Below, piece after piece: positions 29,765-40,103 of a stretch of DNA of 64,000 bases; positions within the stretch are counted from its first letter, which is position 1; the number at the start of each line of letters is the position of its first letter. The notes beneath the pieces are model-generated. The model worked only from the letters and a program-made list of their open reading frames with translations, had not been told where the DNA came from and made no database searches. The stretch covers positions 224,001 to 288,000 of the forward strand of contig CP010425.1 of assembly GCA_000830295.1 (NCBI GenBank), written 5' to 3'. Origin of the DNA: an archaeon GW2011_AR15 (lineage in GTDB: Archaea; Nanobdellota; Nanobdellia; Woesearchaeales; GW2011-AR15). The position numbers were made by a program, and so were the translations under genes.

Positions 29765-30957
29765 AATCTTTTTTTTATGAATCTTTCCAGCCGGTTATAG
29801 CCTTCTTTCAGTGCCTCTTCAGAAGCGGCGAATACGACCCTGAAATGATTTGTCCCTTCTTTTTGTCCGAAGCCTGAGCCGAATACAAACAATACTCCTT
29901 CCTCCCTGAGCAAGTCAAGGACAAATTTCTTGTCTGATTCTATAGGCAGCTCTATCTTCGGAAATGCATAGAATGAACCTCTTGGCTTTGCGCAGCTTAT
30001 TCCGGGAATCTCGTTTAGTCTCTTGTACGTAATATCCCTCCTTGCCTTTAATTTTGCAACAAGCCCCTTCAGATGGTCCTGGGGGCCTTCAAGTGCTGGC
30101 TTAACAGCAAACTGCATGGGGTGGCTTATTGACAGGCGCGCACGGGCAAGCTGCTTGACAGCCTCTGCATACTCTGAAAATTTCTCCATTGGCCCTGAGA
30201 AAAACAGCCAGCCCACTCTCCAGCCGGGGCACAGGTAATTCTTTGAAAGCGTATTGAATGTAACAACAGGCACATCGCCTGCAAGGGAACCGGCTGCATG
30301 GAATTTAAAATTATCATCAAAAATCAGCTTGTCATATGTCTCATCGCTGAATATCACAAGATTATGCTCCCTTGCCAGAGCTATTATCTTCATTATTGTT
30401 TCTTTTGTATACACTGCTCCTGTCGGGTTGTTTGGGCTGATAATGACAATGGCTCTTGTTTTGCTGTTGATTTTCTTTTTCATCTTTTCAATGTCAGGCT
30501 GCCACTCATTCTCTTCCTCCAGCTCATATTCATTTATTTCCCCGTCAAGATAGTTTACAACTGCATTGTACAATGGATAGCCAGGCTTTGGCAGCAGAAT
30601 GTTCTCTCCCTTGTTTATCAGTGCGCCTATTGCCATTGAAATCCCTTCAGAGCCGCCTGAAGTCATCACAACGTCCTCTTCAGTGACGCCCGGAATCCCA
30701 AGCCTTTTTGCCTCTCTCGCAACTGCCTGCCTCGCCTCTAATAATCCCAAAGAATCAGCATAGCTTGAGCTTTCCTTCCATGACCTGCTCACTGCCTCAA
30801 CCATATGCTTTGGCGTCTCAAAATCATACTTCAGAGGGTCGCCGACATTCAGATAGATTATTTTTTTGCCCTGCTTCTCGAGCTTCTGTGCTTCTACAAC
30901 AACATCCCTGATGGCATAGGTTATTTTTCTTGTCCTGTCTGCGGGCGTAACTTTCAT
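29761..30957 (-). CDS. class I/II PLP aminotransferase (alanine aminotransferase-like)
   Basis: YAIRD, LNVGDP, PNNPTG, SDETYD, LSKNYLCPGWRVG. Confidence 0.92.
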   Translation of the reverse strand: MKVTPADRTRKITYAIRDVVVEAQKLEKQGKKIIYLNVGDPLKYDFETPKHMVEAVSRSWKESSSYADSLGLLEARQAVAREAKRLGIPGVTEEDVVMTSGGSEGISMAIGALINKGENILLPKPGYPLYNAVVNYLDGEINEYELEEENEWQPDIEKMKKKINSKTRAIVIISPNNPTGAVYTKETIMKIIALAREHNLVIFSDETYDKLIFDDNFKFHAAGSLAGDVPVVTFNTLSKNYLCPGWRVGWLFFSGPMEKFSEYAEAVKQLARARLSISHPMQFAVKPALEGPQDHLKGLVAKLKARRDITYKRLNEIPGISCAKPRGSFYAFPKIELPIESDKKFVLDLLREEGVLFVFGSGFGQKEGTNHFRVVFAASEEALKEGYNRLERFIKKRF

Positions 30958-30996
30958 TCCAGTCAGATAGTTCTGCTAATTTATAAAAGTTTAGAA

Positions 30997-31938
30997 TTAT
31001 ACTGCGGACAATATTTCCAGGGGCGCATAAGTTGTTGTTTCCACAGTGTTAATTACATGGAACCTGGCCAGGTTATTAAGATGTTCTTTTATCCTTCTTT
31101 CATCCCATATTGATTCAACATCAATTGGGGAAAACCCATATGCTTTTCCTCCTATCAAAACATTCCCTTCATATTTTTTGAAGGCCTTCATTATCTCCTC
31201 AGGTGTTTCCACTCCCTTTCTTATCTGGTCTACATAGAACATTGCTGCTGGATGCAGGAAGAACCCAAATGCAAGCCCTTCATGATACACTGGCTCAGCC
31301 CTTGGGAAGGCATCCACCATGCTTGTAAAAGAAACTAGTCTGTCCTCCCTTGCTTCTCCAAGGAAATAAGCCAGAAAAGTATCTCTGCTTCTGACTGGTC
31401 TGAACATGTCCGCAGAATAGCCTGAGAGTCTTGACGCGTTTTCTCTTAATCTGGGCAGGCTGAAAGCAGCATAATCTGAAAATTTAATGGGCTTTTCTGT
31501 TCTTAGTTTAAAACTGAATTCTCTCTTGTCACCCTCTCGGGCTATGCCTTCTTCTACCATATAGTATTCACTGTCCCCATAAGACGGCGGACATGCCAAT
31601 CGTGATTTTTCTACTGCGTCTTCCAGACCCCTGCCGGTTTCAAAATGCAGGACTTCATCATCTGTTCCCTCAAGAATTACCTGGTGGAATCCAAATCCAT
31701 ATTCCTGCTTCAGCTGCAGTATGATATCTAGAGCTGCTTCAATGTGGTGCGTTATATCAGATGTAGCTATATTATTTGCCCTGTATCCAAATTTTTGCGG
31801 CTGCTGAAGCCGTGGAAAAATTATATATGGCTCTTTAATGGTTAGTTCAATAGGATGAACGGGAATGTCTGAGGCAGCTCCCACCATATCACTTGGTTTA
31901 ATATTATCGTTCCAGTACGTGTATATCTCAATATCCAT
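30997..31938 (-). CDS. hypothetical protein
   Basis: 313-aa ORF with TATA-like box upstream. Confidence 0.7.
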   Translation of the reverse strand: MDIEIYTYWNDNIKPSDMVGAASDIPVHPIELTIKEPYIIFPRLQQPQKFGYRANNIATSDITHHIEAALDIILQLKQEYGFGFHQVILEGTDDEVLHFETGRGLEDAVEKSRLACPPSYGDSEYYMVEEGIAREGDKREFSFKLRTEKPIKFSDYAAFSLPRLRENASRLSGYSADMFRPVRSRDTFLAYFLGEAREDRLVSFTSMVDAFPRAEPVYHEGLAFGFFLHPAAMFYVDQIRKGVETPEEIMKAFKKYEGNVLIGGKAYGFSPIDVESIWDERRIKEHLNNLARFHVINTVETTTYAPLEILSAV

Positions 31939-32072
31939 TTTCAGGTTGAGAAAATCAAGTTATATTTAAAGCTTAATCCGTCCTTGGCTTTAAGTCTGGT
32001 GAACTCTGCGAAAATTTGGCTCCCTTTCCCGGATAAGCAAGGTTTATATTTCTTACGCAATTACTCTTTTTC

Positions 32073-32378
32073 ATGAGACTCGTATACATAACCGCAAGGA
32101 ACTCCGCTGAGGCAAAAAAAATATCAGGGCATCTCCTTAAGAAAAAACTTGCAGGATGCGTCAACATATTCCCTGTTGAAAGCATGTACTGGTGGGACGG
32201 CGAGATGCAGGAAGATGTTGAGTTTGTGCTGCTTGTGAAAACAGCAAACGACAACTTTGAGAGGATAGAAAAAGCCGTACTGGAAATTCACAGCTACGAG
32301 ATTCCCGCAATCTATTCGTGGAAAGTCGATAAAATCAGCAGAAAATACGATGAATGGATATCGAAAAACAGCAGTTAA
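32073..32378 (+). CDS. cutA: divalent-cation tolerance protein CutA
   Basis: LAGCVN, SMYWWDG, HSYEIPAI. Confidence 0.93.
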   Translation: MRLVYITARNSAEAKKISGHLLKKKLAGCVNIFPVESMYWWDGEMQEDVEFVLLVKTANDNFERIEKAVLEIHSYEIPAIYSWKVDKISRKYDEWISKNSS

Positions 32379-32515
32379 TTCAAAGATGTAAGACCTATCT
32401 GCTGTTTTTCAAGATAGAAATTTTCTAAATAGCTAAAAAAAAAGTAGAGACTGGAAAATTTCTATAGAAAAAGAAACAAAAAAAATAAAAAGTAAGGTAT
32501 TTGTAAGTTATGTGA

Positions 32516-32629
32516 TTATCTTCTTGATTTTTTCTTGCCGGATTTTTTGGCAGATTTTTTAGAAACCTTTTTTGCTGCTTTTTTCCTTAAAGTCTTTTTT
32601 GCAGTCGATTTCTTCTTGGTTTTTTTCAT
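32516..32629 (-). CDS. 37-aa Lys-rich histone-H1-like basic protein
   Basis: MKKTKKKSTAKKTLRKKAAKKVSKKSAKKSGKKKSRR*; SD GAGGTG; T-rich tract downstream. Confidence 0.75.
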   Translation of the reverse strand: MKKTKKKSTAKKTLRKKAAKKVSKKSAKKSGKKKSRR

Positions 32630-32736
32630 TGCTACACCTCGTTTATTTCAAAGATTCAGAATTAACCGTGAATGAAGTTTTTATAATTTGCGTTTTTTAT
32701 AGAAGATTTTGGAATTAGGACGTCAGATTTTTTTCG

Positions 32737-34305
32737 CTATTCAAGAAGCTGTTTCATCATTTCAGCGAACGCCGGCCTTGTGATGAAAACTCCGTTTGTT
32801 ACTCCTATTAATGTTGTGACTGCAAATCCTTTAAGCAGGCCTGCTCCCGCAAACAGCAGCGGAGTCATTGCTGCTATTGTTGCAAAGTATGCGGCAAAAA
32901 CTATGAAAAATGCTTTTTTTATTTTCTGTCCCCATGACAGGTAGTTCCTGTCTTCATCTTTCCCATGGCCAAGAATCTCGTCAGTAATCACAATCTGGTC
33001 ATCAACTCCTGTTCCTATTGCAACAATTATTCCTGCAATTCCTGCAATATCCAGATTTTGCTTCAGCAGTGCAGCAACCCCGAGTATCAGAAGGATCTCT
33101 GACGTTATGACTATGATTATCGGAATTGCAATTTTTATTTTTCTGTATCTTATTATTACAACTGAGGTAACTGCAATTATTGAAATTATGCTTATCAGCA
33201 TTGCATTTGCAAGGAATTCCCTTCCCAATGAAGGTGATAATGTATCTGTTTTAATTATGTTAAGCTTCACAGGCAGGCTTCCTGTTATCAGCACTGTCTG
33301 GAGCTGCTTCATGCCCTTCTGTGCATCCTGGATTGCTGAATTCCTGTCCGGGCCGCTCCCGCTTCCTGAAATTGATATGCTTGTCTCCGCCCTGCCCTTC
33401 AGGTCTGCTGATATTGACAATGAGTCAACAAGAACATCATCAAGATAAAGGTCAAGCTGCTTGTCAAGATATGCCTGGCCATACGGATCATATGATATCC
33501 CGAGGGTATTTGTTATATTGGCCTGCCTTTCTGCTGCTGCTGTGCTGAGTGAAATGGAGAATATAAATCTGCAGCCATACCCGTCTGAATATTGCTGGCA
33601 TGTTTCAATTCTGGAGCAGTCGGCTGTTCTGCATACATAAGTTATATCGTTTCCGCCGAGGAAAACTGTGTCGTTCCCGATTTTTGCCTCGAATTTTCCC
33701 TGTTTTGCAAGAAGGTCTTTCACTTCTTCTTCATTTGCCCCGGCAACCTCAATTATTATGAACTGGCTGCCTGCAAGGTCACTTGAGGTTCTCACAACAG
33801 TGTCTGTAAGCCCAAAGACGTCTATACGCCTTTTCATATTCTCAAGCAGGATATCCATATCCGGGGCAGAGAGTTTCTGCTCTGGCCGCAGGACAACCCT
33901 GGTCCCGCCCTGGAGGTCAAGTCCAAGGATAATATTGCTTTTTGGCGCCTCATAGACAGTTAGCCCGAGCTTTTCTTTTGACGTGAAAAGAAGGCTGTAA
34001 GCTGATTTTGATGTCCTTATTGTAAGCGTTGAATTTGCAGGAATTGTGGAAACAATATCATCAAATTCCTCAACGCTGTTGATTTCTATATTATTTACTC
34101 TTAGTATTCTCTCTCTTGACATGGGTGCATCAGACGGAGACGGGCTCTGCATCCCTGCGTTATATGCTGAGCTGTTTAATGCAACTGTCCTTATTGCAAC
34201 CCCCTCATTGAAAGGGTTTGGGTTGATGGCAAGTATTGTTATTACAAAAAATACTATGTAGAGCCATATCTTCCAGCTGCTTAAGAGAGATTTAATGCTT
34301 CCCAT
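32737..34305 (-). CDS. secD: protein translocase subunit SecD
   Basis: LGLDLQGG, GSLPVKL, SPSLG, GTGVDDQIVITDE, LKGFA. Confidence 0.94.
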   Translation of the reverse strand: MGSIKSLLSSWKIWLYIVFFVITILAINPNPFNEGVAIRTVALNSSAYNAGMQSPSPSDAPMSRERILRVNNIEINSVEEFDDIVSTIPANSTLTIRTSKSAYSLLFTSKEKLGLTVYEAPKSNIILGLDLQGGTRVVLRPEQKLSAPDMDILLENMKRRIDVFGLTDTVVRTSSDLAGSQFIIIEVAGANEEEVKDLLAKQGKFEAKIGNDTVFLGGNDITYVCRTADCSRIETCQQYSDGYGCRFIFSISLSTAAAERQANITNTLGISYDPYGQAYLDKQLDLYLDDVLVDSLSISADLKGRAETSISISGSGSGPDRNSAIQDAQKGMKQLQTVLITGSLPVKLNIIKTDTLSPSLGREFLANAMLISIISIIAVTSVVIIRYRKIKIAIPIIIVITSEILLILGVAALLKQNLDIAGIAGIIVAIGTGVDDQIVITDEILGHGKDEDRNYLSWGQKIKKAFFIVFAAYFATIAAMTPLLFAGAGLLKGFAVTTLIGVTNGVFITRPAFAEMMKQLLE

Positions 34306-35188
34306 GTTTCTTCTCCAGATAATATCTCAGGAATGCCACATTGCCGATCCATGTTGTCAGCACGTCTATGACAAGCCCTACTATAAGTATAAGCATAATC
34401 TGCTTCAGCGTTGTATTGTTTGTAAGCAGGAATGAAACACCTGTCGCTGCAATGCCTGCAACAGACATTGTAAGCCCTGTCTTCATTGCCCCGAAAATAG
34501 CAGGAACTGCTTCAGTTATATGCTCCTTGAGAACCTTTGTTGAAAGCAGTATTGACGTATCAATTGAATAGCCTATAAGCATCAGGTATGCTGCAATACC
34601 TCCTGCGGTAAGCCTTAGCCCAAAAAGGTCCATTATCCCGAGCGTGATAAAGATATCCATAAATGCCGAGAACAGCGCTGCAAGCGTCGCATATATATTT
34701 TTGAAATAGAACTGGAATACAATCCCCATGCTCAAGAATGCAAGCAGGACGGCAATGAACATCTGCATGAAAAAAGATTCGCCAAGTGAAGAGCCCATTG
34801 TCTCAACGCTGTAATTGTCTTTCGTCAGCGTTATTTTCTGGTTCACTGCTTCAACAAGAGCATCCTCTTCAATATCAGATGCCTCTATTATTATCCCGAC
34901 GATTGTGCCTGCGGATTCAATGGTCCTCAGGTTCACAGAGCTTTCAGGGAAAGAACTCTCAAGAAATTCTTCAAGCTCTGCTATATTATCATAGCCTGCA
35001 TTTATTGTCAGTGAGATACCTCCCTTAAGGCTGACGTCCCTCCTTATTGCCTCGCCTGTTGTGAAATAGGTGTTGGCAAGCACAAGGGCAGAAAGGAGAA
35101 ACAGTATCAGGGGAATGAAAAAAAGCTTCTTATATTCTTTTACATAAAAATCCTTGATTCTCTTTCCGAGCCCATGTTTATCCCCCAA
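34292..35188 (-). CDS. secF: protein translocase subunit SecF
   Basis: SLKGG, GSSLG, LMLIGYSIDTSILL. Confidence 0.92.
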   Translation of the reverse strand: MGDKHGLGKRIKDFYVKEYKKLFFIPLILFLLSALVLANTYFTTGEAIRRDVSLKGGISLTINAGYDNIAELEEFLESSFPESSVNLRTIESAGTIVGIIIEASDIEEDALVEAVNQKITLTKDNYSVETMGSSLGESFFMQMFIAVLLAFLSMGIVFQFYFKNIYATLAALFSAFMDIFITLGIMDLFGLRLTAGGIAAYLMLIGYSIDTSILLSTKVLKEHITEAVPAIFGAMKTGLTMSVAGIAATGVSFLLTNNTTLKQIMLILIVGLVIDVLTTWIGNVAFLRYYLEKKHGKH

Positions 35189-35229
35189 AGTAAATCAGTT
35201 AGTCTGGAACAATGTGGGGTTTATAAAGA

Positions 35230-36207
35230 TTATTGCTGAGAAAGAAGGCCGTAGTTGTGTATTCCTGAAAGCTCCCTTCCGAGTCTCACGATTAATGGTA
35301 TGCTCCCTTCCAGTGTCGTCTTTTTTCCGGATGTTTTCACGTGCACCCCATATGATTCAAGCTCTCTTTTCCTCTTTGAGTAGCTTTTCCCAAGAATATA
35401 TTTGGGCTCATTTGATTTCTGAAGCCTGAGCTGTCCGGCTCCATCGCTTATCACTGCTGAAATTAGGGTGTTGCCACCCATCTCTGCCCCTTCTATTTCT
35501 GCAGACAATACTTCCAGACCAAGCTGACTTATGCCCTCCATTGACTTAAGCTCGGATTCAAGCAGCTTTTTTGTTTCTTTTTCTGCCTTTTTCCTGTCCA
35601 TCAGCCCGTATATATACGCGGCTGTTATAGCATGGTTCTTTAAGGTTATCTCTGCATTATCAACATTAAATGTCTGTGGCTGGGTTTTGAATATTCCTTC
35701 TCTAAAAAATTCTCCAATAGCCTCAAATCTGCCTTTGTCTGAAAAAATCTCAAACATCCATGTTGCTCTGCCTGGTATTTCATCTGTTACACTTGAACCC
35801 GACAGGATTATTGCAATATTCATTGGATTTGGCATTTTTTCTGATGGGTTATTTGCCATCATGCCCAGCAGCCCCTCATATTTTCTGTCTAAGTCTACTA
35901 TTGCCTTATTCAGGTTTTTCAGGCTTGAAAAGCTGCTTTCAAATGCTTCTCTCTCAAGAAAATTTGAGTATCCGCTGCTTGTTGCTATGGATATTCCACT
36001 TCTGCCTAAAGGCGAAGGGTATTCAGCATTTTTCAGGGAAAGGTACACTGAATCACTGCTTGATTTACATTCCATAAAAAATCCCGACGGTGATGCAAAA
36101 GACCTCTTTCTGAAATTTGCATCTTTTGGTATTATGCGGGAGACCAGCCCGTTGCTCATGCTGTCAAGGTATTCAACTGTTTTTTTCCCTTTATCCCAGA
36201 AAGCCAT
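35230..36207 (-). CDS. hypothetical protein
   Basis: 325-aa ORF; no motif recognised. Confidence 0.7.
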   Translation of the reverse strand: MAFWDKGKKTVEYLDSMSNGLVSRIIPKDANFRKRSFASPSGFFMECKSSSDSVYLSLKNAEYPSPLGRSGISIATSSGYSNFLEREAFESSFSSLKNLNKAIVDLDRKYEGLLGMMANNPSEKMPNPMNIAIILSGSSVTDEIPGRATWMFEIFSDKGRFEAIGEFFREGIFKTQPQTFNVDNAEITLKNHAITAAYIYGLMDRKKAEKETKKLLESELKSMEGISQLGLEVLSAEIEGAEMGGNTLISAVISDGAGQLRLQKSNEPKYILGKSYSKRKRELESYGVHVKTSGKKTTLEGSIPLIVRLGRELSGIHNYGLLSQQ

Positions 36208-36305
36208 AGCCCCGGGAAACTAAATGTTATATAAAAATCTGAGTTATACGGCAAAAACAAAAAACTTTATAAATTCCTGCGGGTTCCCAGTATCCAGTTA
36301 TTCTC

Positions 36306-36956
36306 ATGGGTGAATATATGGAAGAAAATATTATGAAGACGGGAACTACAACAATAGGTCTGGTTGCAAAGGACTTTATAGTTCTTGCAGCTGACAAGAG
36401 AGCAACAGCAGGGAATTTTATCGCTGCAAAAAAAGTAGACAAAGTGCTGCAGGTCGCAGACAAAATGGCACTGACAACTGCAGGCAGCGTGTCAGATATA
36501 CAGCTTCTGGTCAAGCTGATAAAGGCCGAGCTTAACTTAAGAAACTTAAGGACTGGCAGGGATAATAATGTAAGCGAGGCAGCCAACCTCCTTGCAGGAA
36601 TCGTATACGGGAATATAAGAAGATTCTCAGCCATCCCGGGAATAGTGCACTTCATTTTTGCAGGAGTTGACAGCACCGGGCCGCATTTATATGATATTTA
36701 CCCGGACGGTTCAATAACTGAAGTCGATGATTTTGTGACTTCAGGAAGCGGCGGATCATTTGCATTCGGTGTGTTTGATTCGCAGTACAAGAAAGACATG
36801 AAAGAAAGCGAGGCAGTTGAGCTTGCCATAAGGGCAGTCAATGCTGCTTTGCAGAGAGACAGCGCATCCGGAGACGGCATTGATGTTGTTGTTGTCAGCA
36901 ACTCCGGGGTAAAGAAAGTTTACAAGAAAGAGATTTCAATCAACCTTTCAAAATAA
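36306..36956 (+). CDS. psmB: proteasome subunit beta
   Basis: KTG/TTTIG autoprocessing site, AADKRAT, SGSG, RDSASG. Confidence 0.96.
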   Translation: MGEYMEENIMKTGTTTIGLVAKDFIVLAADKRATAGNFIAAKKVDKVLQVADKMALTTAGSVSDIQLLVKLIKAELNLRNLRTGRDNNVSEAANLLAGIVYGNIRRFSAIPGIVHFIFAGVDSTGPHLYDIYPDGSITEVDDFVTSGSGGSFAFGVFDSQYKKDMKESEAVELAIRAVNAALQRDSASGDGIDVVVVSNSGVKKVYKKEISINLSK

Positions 36957-36990
36957 TTTTTTGATTTAATATGGAATGGTGTATTCTTGA

Positions 36991-38880
36991 ATGAGTGAAA
37001 TTCTGAAAGAGATACTGAAAGAACTGCCCGACGGCAAGATTAGCGACGCTGGCTTTGAGGGGGCAAACATAGTCCTCTATACAAAAGACAGGAAATTCGT
37101 CTTCGAAGCCAACGGCATGATAAAGGATATTGTCAACAAGATAAAGAAAAGGATAGAGCTGAGGCCGGATCCAAGCATAACGCATGATTCCGAGCTTGCG
37201 GAAAAAGAAATTAGGGAGATAATCCCTGCAGAAGCAAAGATTGACCAGATAATTTTCGACCCGCAGAGGTCAATAGTCATAATCGAGGCTGAAAAACCAG
37301 GGGTTGCTATAGGAAAGCAGGGAGAAAACCTCAAGGCAATCAAAGAGAAAGTCCTATGGGTGCCTGTGATAAAAAGAACCCCTGCGATAAGGTCCCAGAT
37401 TATTGAGAATATAAGGGCTGTCCTTTACCAGAATTCCGATTACAGGCGTAAGTTCCTCCACAAGGTAGGACAGAGGATATACAACGGCTGGCTGAGGGGG
37501 AAGAAAGATGAGTGGATAAGAATCTCTTATCTTGGAAGCGGACGCCAGGTCGGAAGAAGCTGCCTTTTCCTGCAGACCCCGGAATCAAGGATACTGATGG
37601 ACTGCGGGGTTGACGTCGCAGACGAGAATAACGCATATCCCCTGCTTGAAGCCCCGGAATTCAAGATAGAGGAGCTGGATGCCATAATAATAAGCCACAG
37701 CCACCTTGATCACTGCGGTTTCCTTCCGTATCTTTTCAAATACGGCTACAGGGGGCCGGTCTACTGCACGCAGCCTACGAGGGACGTGATGGCACTTATG
37801 CTGCTGGATTATGTGAAAATAATGAGATACGACGGCAAGGAGCCCATATACACAAGCGAAGAGATAAAAGAAATGGTCAAGCACACCATTACGCTTGAAT
37901 TTGAAGAAGTTACTGATATCACGCCTGATGTGAGGCTGACATTCTACAATGCAGGCCACATCCTGGGAAGCGCGATGTGCCATCTCCATATAGGAAACGG
38001 CCTTCACAACCTTGTTTACAGCGCTGACATGAAATTCGGAAAGAGCGTCATGCTGAGCCCTGCTGCAACGCAGTTCCCGAGGTGCGAGACACTGCTGCTG
38101 GAGTCAACTTATGGAGGGAAAGACAACATACTCCCTACAAAGAAAGAGATGTACGATTACCTGAGGGACGTAATCAATGAGACAATAGACAGGGGAGGAA
38201 AATGCCTTATCCCTGTGCTTGGTTCAGGAAGGGCCCAGGACCTGATGATAATGGTTGAAGAATTGATAAGGACAAAAGAGGTCAGGAAAGTCGATGTCTT
38301 TATCGACGGGCTTATCTGGGATATCACTGCAATCCACACTGCATACCCAGAATTCCTCAACAGCTCAATAAGGAAGCAGATTTTCCACAGGGACAACAAC
38401 CCCTTCCTTTCAGACATATTCAAGAGGATAGGGAGCGGAAAGGAGAGGCAGCAGGTAATAGAAGAAACCGGATCATGCATCATCCTTGCCACAAGCGGTA
38501 TGCTTGTCGGCGGGCCTTCTGTAGAATACCTGAGGGCGCTGGCAGACAACAGCAACAATTCACTTGTGTTTTCCTCATACCAGGGTGCTGGCTCACTTGG
38601 AAGAAGGATACAGAACGGAGAGAGGGAGATATCATTCAAGGACGGCCATAAGCAGGAAATCTGCCAGATAAAGATGGATGTCCACAAGCTTGAGATTTCA
38701 GACCACTCTGACAGGAAAGAGCTTATGAACTATGTTGCAAGATGCAGCCCGAGGCCGAGAAAAATCATCCTTAACCACGGGGAAAGCTCAAGATGCCTTG
38801 ACCTGGCAAGCTCTCTGCACAAGAATTACAGGGTTGAGACAACAGCTCCGAGGAATTTAGAGGCTGTCAGGCTGAAATAA
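36991..38880 (+). CDS. fttA: aCPSF1/FttA beta-CASP ribonuclease with KH domains
   Basis: N-terminal KH domains, SHSHLDH, AGHILGS, ESTYG, SDHSD, NHGE; conserved adjacency to psmB. Confidence 0.95.
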   Translation: MSEILKEILKELPDGKISDAGFEGANIVLYTKDRKFVFEANGMIKDIVNKIKKRIELRPDPSITHDSELAEKEIREIIPAEAKIDQIIFDPQRSIVIIEAEKPGVAIGKQGENLKAIKEKVLWVPVIKRTPAIRSQIIENIRAVLYQNSDYRRKFLHKVGQRIYNGWLRGKKDEWIRISYLGSGRQVGRSCLFLQTPESRILMDCGVDVADENNAYPLLEAPEFKIEELDAIIISHSHLDHCGFLPYLFKYGYRGPVYCTQPTRDVMALMLLDYVKIMRYDGKEPIYTSEEIKEMVKHTITLEFEEVTDITPDVRLTFYNAGHILGSAMCHLHIGNGLHNLVYSADMKFGKSVMLSPAATQFPRCETLLLESTYGGKDNILPTKKEMYDYLRDVINETIDRGGKCLIPVLGSGRAQDLMIMVEELIRTKEVRKVDVFIDGLIWDITAIHTAYPEFLNSSIRKQIFHRDNNPFLSDIFKRIGSGKERQQVIEETGSCIILATSGMLVGGPSVEYLRALADNSNNSLVFSSYQGAGSLGRRIQNGEREISFKDGHKQEICQIKMDVHKLEISDHSDRKELMNYVARCSPRPRKIILNHGESSRCLDLASSLHKNYRVETTAPRNLEAVRLK

Positions 38881-38944
38881 CAGCTCTGCCTATTTTTATA
38901 GCATTTTGCGGTAAGATTTAAAAACAAACTGCTATTTTCCATTC

Positions 38945-39215
38945 ATGAGGCTAGACCGGGGAGCCCGTCCTTCCCTGTAACCTTAAACGGACGTAAGAGG
39001 GGGTCGAAGCCAGAAGAGCGATATGATTGTCCAATGGCAGTCTTGTCTCCTACAATGAGGTCCTGTCCTGATCGACTGATCTTTTTGAGAACCACGTCAG
39101 GTCTGGAAGGAAGCAGCGTTAATCATATAGGTTGGTGCTTTCAGGGTAGCGGGATTAAGGACGAGGCAAGGTAAGCTGTTATTGATTATTGTATCCATCT
39201 TTTGGCGTGCCTCAT
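38945..39215 (+). ncRNA. ffs: signal recognition particle (7S) RNA
   Basis: Helix 8 signature TCAGGTCTGGAAGGAAGCAG; terminal ATGAGGC/GCCTCAT pairing; long helix 5; TATA box upstream, T-tract downstream. Confidence 0.88.
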
Positions 39216-39257
39216 TTTTTCTCAATCTTTTTATATAAATTCAGGTTTTAAAGCCGG

Positions 39258-40103
39258 ATGAGCAGGACTTCAGACATATATCACGAAAGGTATAGGGCAA
39301 GTATAGACGAGAGAAGAGGAAGGCCTGGAAGAGCGATGAGCGGAAGCAGCTATAATTTCTCCTCTATGCTCTATGACCCTGACAGGTATAAACCAGCGTC
39401 TACAAAATGGCGCGAGTTTGGGCAGAAAAGCCTGTTTAACCTGGTCCTTTCCGGGTTTGTGGATGCTGAATTAGCCAGAAGGCACGGTTTTTTCAGGAAG
39501 GTGCAAAGCATGAGAAGGCTTACTCTCAGGATGCTGGAAGAGCAATACTACACCTCTCCCGAAAATATGCTGGACGCCCTGAAGATGTATCCTTATGATG
39601 AAAGCGTGATGAAGCAATACAGGCAGGTGAGCCTCGAAGGGATATTATTCAATGGCCCGGATAAGGATAACCATAAGATAAAATGGTTCAATTCCATTTT
39701 GCTTGAGTATGCCCTGCAAAATACAGGCCAGGAAATAAATTCCCATTTCCTGAACAAGTCACATGACTATGCTATTGATATTTTTGGCGGGCTGGATAAA
39801 TGGCTTGAGCTGATGCCTGCCATCTCCCAAAGATATTCTGTAAGGCCGGAGTTTTACAATACAGAGCTGCCTGACGAGCTGACGGCCCCTAAATTTGGTC
39901 TGGGTGTTCTCCTGATGGGCAATTTACAGAAAGTAAAGGGAAAAGTGGATGAATATATCGCGCAGTGTGTTGTTCTGGAGCATGTAAAAAGCTACAGGCA
40001 AAAACAGAAAGAAGAGGAAAAACTTCTGGATGAGAGTATGGCGAAGACTGTTGTCGATAGGTTTATTGAAGGATATAAGGAAACACCTAGTCAAGTATCT
40101 TGA
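39258..40103 (+). CDS. hypothetical protein
   Basis: 281-aa ORF with TATA box upstream. Confidence 0.7.
   Translation: MSRTSDIYHERYRASIDERRGRPGRAMSGSSYNFSSMLYDPDRYKPASTKWREFGQKSLFNLVLSGFVDAELARRHGFFRKVQSMRRLTLRMLEEQYYTSPENMLDALKMYPYDESVMKQYRQVSLEGILFNGPDKDNHKIKWFNSILLEYALQNTGQEINSHFLNKSHDYAIDIFGGLDKWLELMPAISQRYSVRPEFYNTELPDELTAPKFGLGVLLMGNLQKVKGKVDEYIAQCVVLEHVKSYRQKQKEEEKLLDESMAKTVVDRFIEGYKETPSQVS

Noticed and set aside
32418-32464. Inverted repeat tagaaattttc/gaaaatttcta
   Set aside because: Low-complexity AT-rich region between convergent genes; no evidence of a mobile element.
35531-36223. 230-aa plus-strand ORF, and many similar Ser/Phe-rich ORFs in the track
   Set aside because: Antisense shadows of real genes, with composition mirroring Lys/Glu codons.
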